DNA of 63,873 bases, filler included, from 9 parts of 9 records of this genome joined end to end with filler, not necessarily neighbours in it; one strand, 5' to 3'. Positions 20,090 through 29,698 are shown, counted from the whole stretch's first letter. Numbers and translations are program-made. The notes: generated by a model not told the origin, from the sequence alone.

Positions 20090-20488
20090 TTACGTCCCTA
20101 ACTGCTGTTTCTTGAGTTCCTGCTTCTTTAAGTCCGCATAGGCAGCCTGATGAGCCATCTCGCTGCTCTTCAGGCGGATTTCAAGGATCCATTCCTTGTC
20201 GGTCCGCAAAATCTTCTTGGTGCCCCCGCGCGGGATGATGACATTGGTCTCAATGCAGAATCTTACAAAAGCCTCGACCACATATTGCTGCTCCAGAATG
20301 AAACTGTCGTTGCGGACATTCGGGCCAAATTTCATCTCTATCGCGATCAGAATATCGCCATTCGGCTGAGCTTCGATGCCGTGCAACGTTCCGGGCGGCA
20401 GGAGGTCCTTGCGGACCCGCCGGAAAGAATCGATCGCACCGCTCAACTCGGCATCGTTCAGGATGATTGTTCGAATTTCACGTGGCAT
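20090..20488 (-). CDS. Hypothetical protein (small Rhodospirillales-type family)
   Basis: Clean 132-aa ORF; MPREIRTI...LPPG...FC...IIPRGGTKKI pattern. Confidence 0.7.
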   Translation of the reverse strand: MPREIRTIILNDAELSGAIDSFRRVRKDLLPPGTLHGIEAQPNGDILIAIEMKFGPNVRNDSFILEQQYVVEAFVRFCIETNVIIPRGGTKKILRTDKEWILEIRLKSSEMAHQAAYADLKKQELKKQQLGT

Positions 20489-20593
20489 GGATCGATCATT
20501 CAGACTCTGGATGGCTTTGGGGAAAGCCGACCATAGGGGAGACTTCTTAATACCGGGTAAAAGGCGGCGCTTAACGGCGGCACCTCCTCCCAG

Positions 20594-21058
20594 TCAGAAC
20601 AGCAGCGGGGCGTTGTCGGTGACTTCCTTCATGACGAAGAAAGTGCGGGTCTGCCGAACTCCCGGCAGGGCGATCAATTTGGAGCCGTGCATGCCGTTGA
20701 AATCCGCGATATCGCTGACCCGTATTTTGAGGAAATAGTCGAAGTCACCAGCCACAAGGTGACAGTCGAGAATGAAGGGCAGCTTGGTCACCGCCGCCTC
20801 GAATTCCCCGAAGCTCTCCGGAGTTGAGCGGTCGAGCACGACCCCGACCATCACCAGGGTGCCGCGCTCAACTTTCTCCGGCGCGATATGGGCCCGGACG
20901 GAGGAGATATAGCCGTCTTCGAACAGGCGCTGCGTGCGGCGATGGCAGGTGGCCGGGCTGGTATTGGTCAGGGAGGCGAGCTCCGTATTGCTCAGCCGCC
21001 CGTTCTGCTGCAGGTGACGCAGGATGTTACGATCCGTTCGGTCAAGCTCAGCAGACAT
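20594..21058 (-). CDS. acdR: Lrp/AsnC regulator of ACC deaminase
   Basis: LDRTDRNILRHLQQNGRLSN HTH; CHLVAGDFDYFLKIRV and LPGVRQTRTFFVMKEV; divergent from acdS. Confidence 0.9.
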   Translation of the reverse strand: MSAELDRTDRNILRHLQQNGRLSNTELASLTNTSPATCHRRTQRLFEDGYISSVRAHIAPEKVERGTLVMVGVVLDRSTPESFGEFEAAVTKLPFILDCHLVAGDFDYFLKIRVSDIADFNGMHGSKLIALPGVRQTRTFFVMKEVTDNAPLLF

Positions 21059-21216
21059 GGTGATTTCTCTCATTTAAAGGCGATTATTTGAGAGAATAAT
21101 ATTATCAATCCGAATTCATATTGTCTTTTGCGAAATTAATATCCCCAGAACGGAAACACCTTCCGTTCGCTCTTTGCTAGCGTTCCCGCGCATTTTTTTG
21201 TGACAGGAGCCTGCCC

Positions 21217-21407
21217 ATGAACCTTCAGAAATTCGAGCGTTACCCGCTCACCTTCGGCCCGACCCCGATCGAGCATCTGCCGCGCATGACCGAGGCGCTC
21301 GGCGGCAAGGTCGAGATCTATGCCAAGCGGGACGACTGTAATTCCGGCCTCGCCATGGGCGGCAACAAGCTGCGCAAGCTGGAATATATCGTCCCCGACG
21401 CCATCGC
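21217..21407 (+). CDS. acdS: 1-aminocyclopropane-1-carboxylate deaminase (3' truncated)
   Basis: [12 protein letters not shown]...[23 protein letters not shown] (PLP Lys) N-terminus; divergent Lrp gene. Confidence 0.9.
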
Positions 21408-21507
21408 NNNNNNNNNNNNNNNNNNNNNNNNNNNNNNNNNNNNNNNNNNNNTTAATTAATTAANNNNNNNNNNNNNNNNNNNNNNNNNNNNNNNNNNNNN
21501 NNNNNNN
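21408..21507. other. Artificial contig linker
   Basis: N-run with TTAATTAATTAA core. Confidence 0.99.
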
Positions 21508-21508
21508 G

Positions 21509-21640
21509 TATGACCTGCAGGCCGGGCGTTACCTCACCATTGGTTTGACCAACGAGGCGGCTCAACCCTTCGTGTTCGACTTCACACCTGACCGCGCAAA
21601 CTACACACCAGCCGGCTTGCGTCGACTCGGCGTTCAGTAA
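21509..21640 (+). CDS. DUF1329 family protein, C-terminal fragment (missed by ORF track)
   Basis: Manual translation YDLQAGRYLTIGLTNEAAQPFVFDFTPDRANYTPAGLRRLGVQ*; YDL..GRY and YTP..LRR terminus; precedes YCF48-RND. Confidence 0.8.
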   Translation, partial: YDLQAGRYLTIGLTNEAAQPFVFDFTPDRANYTPAGLRRLGVQ

Positions 21641-21654
21641 CAGCAATGCGTATT

Positions 21655-21690
21655 AGGCTGCAGGGGGCATATGCCCTTTGTGGCCTTTTT
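21655..21690 (+). terminator. Intrinsic terminator after DUF1329 gene
   Basis: AGGCTGCAGGGGGCAT/ATGCCCTTTGTGGCCT stem followed by a T tract. Confidence 0.7.
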
Positions 21691-21709
21691 CAATTTCAAA
21701 GGATAGTCC

Positions 21710-22882
21710 ATGTTTCTCCGGAATCGTTTTTCCAGCAAAACGGCCCCCACGTTCTTGCTTGGCGCGATGCTGTGCGCAGGCTTCATCACTTATGGCGGTT
21801 TGTCCACAGCCCAGGTCGATTTGCTGCAAATCCCCGCCATCCCCAGTGTGCATGCCACACGGTCATTGCTGCTCGATGTTGAACGTGTTGGCAACAACTT
21901 GTTTGCTGCAGGCGAGTTTGGTCAAATCCTGAAAAGCGAAGACAACGGAAAAACCTGGGTGGCCGGAAAGGTACCGGTGTCCGTCACCTTGACCTCGGTC
22001 GCATTTGCCAATGACGCGCTAGGTTATGCCGTAGGGCACGATGGCGTGGTGCTGAAAACCGAAGACGGTGGGGTGAACTGGGTCAAGTTGATCGACGGTG
22101 CCGTGATCAACCAGTTTGTATTGAATGCTTTGCAAGACAAGGCCGACAAGTTGCAGGAGCAGGTCGATAACTTGCCTGAAAATGCCAGCCCCGAAACCCG
22201 CGAAGTACTGGAAGTGGCCGCTGAAGAAGCGATGTTTCTAGTAGACACCGCGCAAGGTGATTTGGAAGTAGGGCCATCCAAGCCGCTGCTGGATGTGATT
22301 GTGAATGGCAACGGCACAGTGTTCGTTGCGGGTGCTTATGGCCAGTTGCTGAAAAGCACCGACCAGGGCGCCAACTGGGTGTATTTGGGCGAACGCACCA
22401 ACAACCCGAACAACTACCACTTGAACACCATGATGCTGAGCAAAACCGGTGAAATTTGGGTGGCAGGCGAACAAGGCACCGTGCTGGTCAGCGCCGACGA
22501 GGGTGAAACCTGGGTCGCCAAAAAAATTGATTACGACGGTTCAATTTTTGCTGTGGTGGAAGCACCGGAAACCCGCACTGTGGTGGCGATGGGCTTGCGT
22601 GGAAATGCCTTCCGTTTGCCTTTTGGGGCCGCACAGTGGGAAGAGGTAAGTACCAACCTGCGCGAAACATTCAGCGGGGCCACCGTGCTTGCTGACGGAT
22701 CAATGATCGTGGTTGGGTCGCGCGGTATTCTGGCACGCAGTACCGACGACTTCCGAACCATTCAAGTGGTGCGTCGTACGGACAAACTGCCTTCGGCCAG
22801 TGTTGTACAACTGAACGACCAGGAAATTCTGTTGGCAGGTCTGCGTGGTTTCAAAACCCTGTCCTTGTCTGAATTCAAATAA
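21710..22882 (+). CDS. YCF48-related (BNR/Asp-box beta-propeller) exported protein
   Basis: Repeated SxDxGxTW Asp boxes (SEDNGKTW, TEDGGVNW, STDQGANW, SADEGETW); signal peptide. Confidence 0.9.
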   Translation: MFLRNRFSSKTAPTFLLGAMLCAGFITYGGLSTAQVDLLQIPAIPSVHATRSLLLDVERVGNNLFAAGEFGQILKSEDNGKTWVAGKVPVSVTLTSVAFANDALGYAVGHDGVVLKTEDGGVNWVKLIDGAVINQFVLNALQDKADKLQEQVDNLPENASPETREVLEVAAEEAMFLVDTAQGDLEVGPSKPLLDVIVNGNGTVFVAGAYGQLLKSTDQGANWVYLGERTNNPNNYHLNTMMLSKTGEIWVAGEQGTVLVSADEGETWVAKKIDYDGSIFAVVEAPETRTVVAMGLRGNAFRLPFGAAQWEEVSTNLRETFSGATVLADGSMIVVGSRGILARSTDDFRTIQVVRRTDKLPSASVVQLNDQEILLAGLRGFKTLSLSEFK

Positions 22883-22899
22883 ACGGACCCCATCAAACA

Positions 22900-25236
22900 A
22901 TGACTTCCTCTGATTCAAAATCAAAAGCACCGCTGGCTGAACGGCTTGTTTTCAGCAAGCGCCCGGTCGTGATGATCCTCATGCTGCTGGCCACTTTGGT
23001 GTTGGCCTGGCAGGCCACACAATTGAAAGTGGCGGCCAGTTTCGAGAACATGATTCCGACCAAGCACGAGTACGTTGTCAATTTTCTGGAAAACAGGGCT
23101 GACCTGACAGGCTTGGGCAATGTGGTGCGTGTCACTGTACAGGCCAAAGAAGGCGATATTTTCAGTGCCGATTACCTGGAAACATTGAAGCAGGTCACGG
23201 ACAAAGCCTTTTACATTCCGGGTGTGAACCGGCCGGAAATGGCGTCGCTGTGGACCGCCAATGTGCGCTGGACCTCGGTCACCGAGGAAGGTCTTGAAGG
23301 CGGGCAGGTTATTCCCGCTACGTACAATGGTGATGTTGAAAGCATTGCACAGGTTAGACAAAACGTAGAACTGTCAGGCCAAATTGGCCGCTTGGTGGGC
23401 AACGATTTCAAAAGCACCATCGTGTATTTGCCACTGCTGGAAATCAATCCGGAAACAGGCAATCGCTTGGATTACAAAGAGTTTTCCGAGCGAATTGAAA
23501 CCGAACTACGTGATCAATTCAACTCTGACAAAATTGAAATTCGCGTCACCGGTTTCGCAAAAATTGTGGGCGACCTGATCGACGGTGCAACCCAGGTTGT
23601 GTTGTTCTTCGGCGTGGCTGTGCTCATCACCTTGGTCATGTTGTTTCTGTATTCACGCAGCGTAAAAAGCACCTTGGCCACACTGGCGTGTTCAATTACC
23701 GCTGTAATTTGGCAGTTGGGTTTGCTCAATGCAATGGGCATGGGGCTAGATCCGTATTCCATGTTGGTGCCCTTTCTGGTGTTCGCTATTGGCGTTAGCC
23801 ATGGCGTGCAAATTGTGAACGCGATTGCGCACAAGCAGGGCGAGGGGAATAACAAACTCGATTCAGCCCGTTTGGCCTTCCGTGGTTTGTACATTGCAGG
23901 TCTTACTGCTTTGTTGTCCGATGGGTTTGGTTTTGCCACCCTGATGGTCATCGACATTCCTGTTATTCGCGACCTTGCCATCGCGGCATCTGTGGGTGTG
24001 GCGGTTATTATTTTGACCAATCTGGTGTTGTTGCCCTTGATCATGAGCTACACCGGTGTGGATGAAAAGGCAGTCAAGGCGTTGCAGGCAGCGGAATCCG
24101 GCAACAACAAGGTGTGGCACTTTCTTGCCGGTTTTGCACAGGCCAAAATGGCCAAGGGTGCTGTAGCTGTTGGCTTGGCCTTGTTGGCCTTGGGTTTGTG
24201 GGGCAACGCCAATGTGCAAATTGGCGACCTTGATAAAGGCGCACCTGAATTGCGCGCTGATTCCCGCTACAACCTGGACAATGCGTACGTAACGAACAAC
24301 TATTCCACCAGCACCGATGTGTTTGTGGTCATGGTTGAAACCAAACTCGACGGCTGCATCAAATACAACACCCTTGCAGCAGTGGACCTGTTTCAATGGA
24401 CCATTGAACAGGTACCGGGCGTGCAAAGCAGCGTTTCACTGGCCGACCGTTCCAAGTTTGTGATCAGTGCCTACAGCGAAGGCGATTTGAAATGGATGTC
24501 GTTGAACCGCAACCAGTTTGTGTTGAACGGCACCATCAGCGGCATGAACTTGTCTGATGGCCTGTTCAGCTCCGATTGCTCGTTCATGCCCATCATTGTT
24601 TTCCTTGAAGACCACAAGGCCGATACCTTGAAACGCGTGGTGGCTGCGGCAGAAGATTTCATCGCCAAAAACGACACCGGCGATGCGGTATTCAAGCTTG
24701 CGGCCGGCAATGCAGGCATTGAAGCGGCCACCAATGAGGTGGTGGAACGCGCGCAGGTTGAAATGTTGATCTGGGTGTATGCCGTGGTGGCTTTGCTGGT
24801 GTGGCTGGCCTTCCGTTCCGTGCGTACGGTGATCTGCATCATCGCGCCTTTGGCTCTTACTTCCTTGCTGTGTTCTGCGCTTATGGTGGTGTTGGGCATT
24901 GGCGTCAAAGTAGCCACATTGCCTGTGATCGCACTGGGTGTGGGCATTGGTGTGGACTACGGCATTTACATCTATGGCAAGCTCGAAGAATATTTGAAGC
25001 AAGGTTTGCCTTTTGCCGATGCGTACTTTGAAACATTGAAGTCCACCGGCAAGGCCGTGGTGTTCACCGGGCTTACCTTGGGCATTGGTGTGGCCACGTG
25101 GGCTTTCTCGCCCATCAAGTTTCAGGCCGACATGGGCTTGCTGCTGACCTTCATGTTCTTGTGGAACATGGTGGGTGCAGTGGTGTTCTTGCCAGCTTTG
25201 GCTTATTTCCTCGATCGCCGTGGCGAAAAGGTGTAA
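22900..25236 (+). CDS. RND/MMPL family transporter
   Basis: Two-fold repeated TM/periplasmic architecture; VFAIGVSHGVQ, GVGIGVDYGIY and SPIKFQADMG. Confidence 0.93.
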   Translation: MTSSDSKSKAPLAERLVFSKRPVVMILMLLATLVLAWQATQLKVAASFENMIPTKHEYVVNFLENRADLTGLGNVVRVTVQAKEGDIFSADYLETLKQVTDKAFYIPGVNRPEMASLWTANVRWTSVTEEGLEGGQVIPATYNGDVESIAQVRQNVELSGQIGRLVGNDFKSTIVYLPLLEINPETGNRLDYKEFSERIETELRDQFNSDKIEIRVTGFAKIVGDLIDGATQVVLFFGVAVLITLVMLFLYSRSVKSTLATLACSITAVIWQLGLLNAMGMGLDPYSMLVPFLVFAIGVSHGVQIVNAIAHKQGEGNNKLDSARLAFRGLYIAGLTALLSDGFGFATLMVIDIPVIRDLAIAASVGVAVIILTNLVLLPLIMSYTGVDEKAVKALQAAESGNNKVWHFLAGFAQAKMAKGAVAVGLALLALGLWGNANVQIGDLDKGAPELRADSRYNLDNAYVTNNYSTSTDVFVVMVETKLDGCIKYNTLAAVDLFQWTIEQVPGVQSSVSLADRSKFVISAYSEGDLKWMSLNRNQFVLNGTISGMNLSDGLFSSDCSFMPIIVFLEDHKADTLKRVVAAAEDFIAKNDTGDAVFKLAAGNAGIEAATNEVVERAQVEMLIWVYAVVALLVWLAFRSVRTVICIIAPLALTSLLCSALMVVLGIGVKVATLPVIALGVGIGVDYGIYIYGKLEEYLKQGLPFADAYFETLKSTGKAVVFTGLTLGIGVATWAFSPIKFQADMGLLLTFMFLWNMVGAVVFLPALAYFLDRRGEKV

Positions 25237-25246
25237 GTAAGGGTCA

Positions 25247-25280
25247 GGAAAAGTGGGCTTATCGGCTCACTTTCCCTTTT
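25247..25280 (+). terminator. Probable terminator after RND gene
   Basis: GGAAAAGTGGGC-TTATCG-GCTCACTTTCCC hairpin followed by TTTT. Confidence 0.55.
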
Positions 25281-25337
25281 CCACACAGTTCATTTGAAGG
25301 GGTTGTGGATGGCACAACCACACCCCACAATCAAGGC

Positions 25338-25437
25338 NNNNNNNNNNNNNNNNNNNNNNNNNNNNNNNNNNNNNNNNNNNNTTAATTAATTAANNNNNNN
25401 NNNNNNNNNNNNNNNNNNNNNNNNNNNNNNNNNNNNN
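25338..25437. other. Artificial contig linker
   Basis: N-run with TTAATTAATTAA core. Confidence 0.99.
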
Positions 25438-26202
25438 GCCCATATCCTTCTTCATCATCAGCATGCCGGAGGCTGGCTTGATATCCAGCCCGCCGCTATC
25501 GAAGATCACGCCCTTGCCGACAATCGTCACCTTCGGATGGCTTTTCTTGCCCCAGCGGATATCGATCAGGCGCGGCGCCCGGTCGGCGGCACGGCCGACG
25601 GCATGGATCATCGAGAAATTCTCGGCCAGAAGCGCCTCGCCCTCAATGATCTCGATCTTCGCCTTGTAGTCTTTCGCCAGCGCGGCCGCCGCCTCGGCAA
25701 GCTCGGCCGGGCCGAGATCGTTTGCCGGCCGGTTGATCAGGTCACGGGCCAGCCCGGTCGCCTCGGCAATCCGGCGTACTTCGTCCTGGTCCGCACCGGT
25801 CGGCCAGACCAGCTCCGCCTTGAAGCTGGTCTTTTCCTTGAACTTGTCGAACTGGTAATGCGCCAGCGCCCATCCCGTTGCGGCACTGGTTGCCGCTGCG
25901 GGGCTCAGCTCCGCATCGAGATAATAGCGGCCCTTCGGCAAAGCCGCCGGCAGAGGCGCCAGATCCCAGAGCCCGCCGCCCGGCTCCTCCTGCTCCTCTA
26001 CCCCGAACAGAACCCGTTCCAGTCCGCCATCCGCATCCGGCAGGAAGCAGGTTGCTCCCGGTGCTGCCGAGAAATCCGATTCGCCGATCCAGCGTCCGAT
26101 CCGCGCGTCCGATCCCTTCAGCCAGCCCGGCAGGGTGGCGGCACTGACAGGGGTGAGCGGAATGGATTTCGGGGTTGCTTTGGCAACGAGGCGGAACGGC
26201 AT
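25438..26202 (-). CDS. Leucyl aminopeptidase (M17) family protein (3' truncated)
   Basis: ARDLINRPANDLGP, IHAVGRAA, VGKGVIFDSGGLDIKP and MKKDMG. Confidence 0.94.
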
Positions 26203-26373
26203 GGGAGGCTCCTGATAAGAGACAATCCATCCGTTCTATCCCGCCGGAGGGGCCTGCTCAAGCGCCGCAACGGGCCAATGAGACGCCGAAGCCACCGGCC
26301 CTCGCACGACAGAGGTTGCACGCGGGGGCCGGGCCGGTTCAAATGGCGGCAACAAAGTCCGGAGGAAACCGTC

Positions 26374-27033
26374 ATGGCGCCGTACAGCCTCATCATTGGA
26401 AACAAGAATTATTCGTCCTGGTCGCTGCGGCCATGGCTGATGATGACTGCATGCGACATCCCGTTCGAAGAGACCGTGATCGCGCTCGATACGCCGAACA
26501 CGCGGCAGGAAATCCTGCGGCACTCCCCGTCCGGCCGGGTTCCGGTTCTGAAGGACGGCGAGCTGACGGTCTGGGACAGCCTTTCCATCGGCGAGTATCT
26601 GGCGGAGAAGCATCCGGAAGCCCGCCTTTGGCCGGCTGATCCGATCGCCCGGTCGCGGGCCCGCTCGGTTTCCGCCGAAATGCATTCCGGCTTCGGCGCC
26701 GTGCGGCAGAACATGCCGATGAATGTCCGCTCCAGCTTCCCGGGTCAGGGACGCGGGCCGGGCGTGCAGGAAGACATCAACCGGATCAGTGCGATCTGGC
26801 GCAACCACCGTCGCCGGGTGACCGATCCCGAAGACGGGCCGTTCCTGTTCGGCCACTTCACCATAGCGGACGCGATGTTCGCCCCCGTGGTTTCCCGCTT
26901 CCGGACCTATGGTGTGGAGCTGACGGACGAAGCCGCGGCCTACGCCGAAGCGGTCTGGGACATGCCCGCCATGAAAACCTGGGCGGAAGACGCCAAGAAC
27001 GAGCCGATGGTGATCGACCGGCACGAATTCTAG
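26374..27033 (+). CDS. Glutathione S-transferase family protein
   Basis: GNKNYSSWSLRPWL, SPSGRVPVL, WDSLSIGEYLAE and FTIADAMFAPV; GGAGG RBS before ATG 26374. Confidence 0.93.
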   Translation: MAPYSLIIGNKNYSSWSLRPWLMMTACDIPFEETVIALDTPNTRQEILRHSPSGRVPVLKDGELTVWDSLSIGEYLAEKHPEARLWPADPIARSRARSVSAEMHSGFGAVRQNMPMNVRSSFPGQGRGPGVQEDINRISAIWRNHRRRVTDPEDGPFLFGHFTIADAMFAPVVSRFRTYGVELTDEAAAYAEAVWDMPAMKTWAEDAKNEPMVIDRHEF

Positions 27034-27043
27034 GCCGCATGCA

Positions 27044-28360
27044 TTACCCGGCCAGCCCGCGCTCCAGCCGGGGATAATACGCCGCCATCATCCCGGCCCG
27101 AACCAGCAGGAACAGGCTGTAGGCGGCCCAGAGCCCGTGATTGCCATACAGATCAATCAGCGGATAGGACGCTGCGACGAAGGCCGCGAGGGCGATGAGC
27201 ATGCCGTTGCGCATCTCCGCCCCGCGCGTCGCCCCGATGAAGATCCCGTCGAGCTGGAAGGACCAGACCGCGAAAAGCGGCATCGCCGCTGCCCAGAGAA
27301 GATAGTCGCGGGCGGCATCCCGGACCGCTTGGATGCTGGTCATGATGTCGATGAACAACGTTCCCGCCATGAAGAACAGAACAGCCATCAGAACAGCCAG
27401 AATGGCGGCGCCCTTGGTCGTGGCCACCACCGCCTCGCGCAACTGCAGGCGGGACCGCCGCCCGATCGCCTCGCCCACCAGCGCCTCGGCGGCATGGGCA
27501 TAGCCGTCCAGACCGTACCCGGCGACGCTTTTGAAGATCAGAAACACCGCATTTGCGGCCAGCACCGTATCGCCGAGCCTGGCGCTCTCGTTCATGAAGA
27601 AGGCCGAGGCCGTCAGCACGGCCAGCGTGCGGATGAAGATATCCCGGTTCACCGCCATCATGGCTTTCAGGCGCCGGATGGCGGCAAGCTCCCCGAGGCG
27701 CGGCAGGCGGACATCCCTCGGCGCCAGCCGCCAGACCAGCACGCCGCCAACCAGAAGCCCCGTATATTGGGCCGCCACGGTCGCCAGCGCGACACCCTCG
27801 ATGCCCCAGCCGAGCCCCAGAACAAAGGTGAGGTTCAGCACAATATTCACGGAATTGATGACAACCTGCTGGATAAGTCCGCCGCGCATGGCCTGCATGC
27901 CGAACAGCCAGCCCAGGATCGAGAAATTGCACAGGGCTGCCGGTGCGGCCCAGACCCGGACCATGAAATATTGCCGGGCGGCTTCTTCAACTTCATCGCT
28001 GCCGTCGAGGATGGAGAAAGCGAAATCCGCCATCGGCACAGTCAGGGCGAGGCAGATACCGCCGAAGAACACCGACAGAAGCAGAGCCCGGCCGAGACTG
28101 GCCAGAACCTCCGCCCCGTCTCCCGCACCTTTCGCCTGGGCGACAAAGCCCGTGGTCCCCATGCGCAGGAAGCCGAAGCCCCAATAGATGTAATTGAACA
28201 AGAGGGTGCCGAGCGCCACGCCGCCGATATAGAAGGCAGCATCCAGATGGCCGACCACGGCGGTATCCACCGCGCCGACCAGCGGCACCGTCAGATTTGA
28301 CAGCACGACAGGCCAGGCAAGTCTCCAGACCCGGCGATTGATGGTCGGCTGGAGAGACAT
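27044..28360 (-). CDS. MATE family efflux transporter (DinF-like)
   Basis: LAWPVVLSNLTVPLVGAVDTAVVGHL, FLRMGTTG, NRDIFIRT and FQLDGIFIG. Confidence 0.93.
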   Translation of the reverse strand: MSLQPTINRRVWRLAWPVVLSNLTVPLVGAVDTAVVGHLDAAFYIGGVALGTLLFNYIYWGFGFLRMGTTGFVAQAKGAGDGAEVLASLGRALLLSVFFGGICLALTVPMADFAFSILDGSDEVEEAARQYFMVRVWAAPAALCNFSILGWLFGMQAMRGGLIQQVVINSVNIVLNLTFVLGLGWGIEGVALATVAAQYTGLLVGGVLVWRLAPRDVRLPRLGELAAIRRLKAMMAVNRDIFIRTLAVLTASAFFMNESARLGDTVLAANAVFLIFKSVAGYGLDGYAHAAEALVGEAIGRRSRLQLREAVVATTKGAAILAVLMAVLFFMAGTLFIDIMTSIQAVRDAARDYLLWAAAMPLFAVWSFQLDGIFIGATRGAEMRNGMLIALAAFVAASYPLIDLYGNHGLWAAYSLFLLVRAGMMAAYYPRLERGLAG

Positions 28361-28483
28361 GGTGCGTGCTGCCTTCGATTGCTCGGGGTGGCGGGATGTA
28401 ATCCAGCCCGGATCATAAAGACAAGCCCGCCCGGCCGATCCGAACAAAATCGAACGGCCCGTCACCAGATCTGTAGAGGCTTG

Positions 28484-29461
28484 TTATCCGGCGAGAGACA
28501 GGGCGCCCGTCAGCAAGATCAGCGCGCCGCAGGCCAGCCGGAACAGGACGAGCGCGCGGCGAATATCGCCGATGACGGCATCCGCGCCGCCAGCCCCCAT
28601 CCAGGCATCCTCCACCTTCTTGCCGCCATAGACGCGTGGCCCGGCAAGGCGCAGGCCGAGCGCACCAGCCATCGCCGCTTCCGGCCAGCCCGCATTGGGC
28701 GAGCGGTGCAGCCGGGCATCCCTCAGGGTGGCCCTGAATGATGAGCGTATATCGGCGCCCGGCGTGACGAACGCGGCGGCCCAGATCAGCAGCGCCGAGA
28801 GACGGGCCGGGATCAGGTTCGCCAGATCGTCCAGCCGGGCGGAGGCCCAGCCGAATTCCAGATACCGGGCATTCTTGTGGCCGATCATGCTGTCGGCGGT
28901 GTTCAGCGCCTTGTAAGCAAGCAGGCCCGGCAGACCGGCGAGCAGATACCAGAAAGCCGGCGCCACCACGCCGTCGGAAAAATTCTCTGCCGCCGTCTCG
29001 ATGGCGGCCCGGCTGACGCCGCCTTCATCCAGTTGCTCCGGATCCCGGCCAACGATCATGGAAACCGCCCGGCGCGCGCCCGGCAAGCCATTCGCCTCGA
29101 ATGCCTTCGCCACCGCGATGACATGGTCATGCAGGCTTCTCTGGGCCAGAAAGACGGACGCGATCGCCGCTTCCAGCAGCCAGCCGTAACTCACGAAGGA
29201 AACGAGACGATGCAGCAGCCAGCCAGTCAGCGCCGCTGCGAGGAGCAACAGAACTACCAGCAGGACACCGCCCTGGCGGCGGGCGGCATCGCCTGCATCG
29301 GCCCGGTTCCAACGCGCCTCGCCCCAGCCGATCAGAGCACCGAACAGAACCACCGGGTGCGGCAGCCGCCTCCATAGCGCGGGGGGATCACCGATCAGCG
29401 CATCGAGCACCAGTGCAAGGCAGAGAATGCCCGCCGTGCTTTGCAATGCCGCTTCGATCAT
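28484..29461 (-). CDS. cbiB: Adenosylcobinamide-phosphate synthase CbiB/CobD
   Basis: GDP...HPV, MIVGRDP, AENFSDGVVAP, YKALNTADSMIGH and SPNAGWPEAAMAGALG. Confidence 0.95.
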   Translation of the reverse strand: MIEAALQSTAGILCLALVLDALIGDPPALWRRLPHPVVLFGALIGWGEARWNRADAGDAARRQGGVLLVVLLLLAAALTGWLLHRLVSFVSYGWLLEAAIASVFLAQRSLHDHVIAVAKAFEANGLPGARRAVSMIVGRDPEQLDEGGVSRAAIETAAENFSDGVVAPAFWYLLAGLPGLLAYKALNTADSMIGHKNARYLEFGWASARLDDLANLIPARLSALLIWAAAFVTPGADIRSSFRATLRDARLHRSPNAGWPEAAMAGALGLRLAGPRVYGGKKVEDAWMGAGGADAVIGDIRRALVLFRLACGALILLTGALSLAG

Positions 29462-29581
29462 GTCGCCCGTTTCCGCCGGTTGCCAAAGTCCGGCCGACTG
29501 ACACCATTTCCGGTGTTGTTTCCAGTAAATTCTACCGGTGAACAATGCGGCGGGCTAGGGCAGCGACTGCATGCCGGAGAC

Positions 29582-29664
29582 AAAAAAGCGGCCCGGTCAT
29601 GACGACCGGGCCGTTCGATTCAAGTGAGTTCTCACAAGGAGAATTCGGCTAAGGGACTCACCAC
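29582..29664 (-). ncRNA. Candidate ~82-nt trans-acting small RNA
   Basis: Own sigma70-like promoter, 5' stem GUGAGU/ACUCAC enclosing UCCCUU and UCUCCUU motifs, strong terminator CGGCCCGGUC-GUCAU-GACCGGGCCG-CUUUUUU; no ORF. Confidence 0.6.
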
Positions 29665-29669
29665 ATACG

Positions 29670-29698
29670 ATTCTACGCCTTCCGATTTTAATTTACAA
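29670..29698 (-). promoter_or_regulatory. sigma70-type promoter of the candidate sRNA
   Basis: Minus strand TTGTAA-17 bp-TAGAAT. Confidence 0.6.

Noticed and set aside
20583-20591. CCTCCTCCC motif (also on the minus strand near 11229-11237) suggesting cuckoo-family sRNAs
   Set aside because: Single isolated motifs without the tandem hairpin modules or terminator expected for that family.
25537-26373. 498-aa ORF suggesting a GST fusion
   Set aside because: The N-terminal part is antisense to the leucyl aminopeptidase. GST starts at 26374 after GGAGG.
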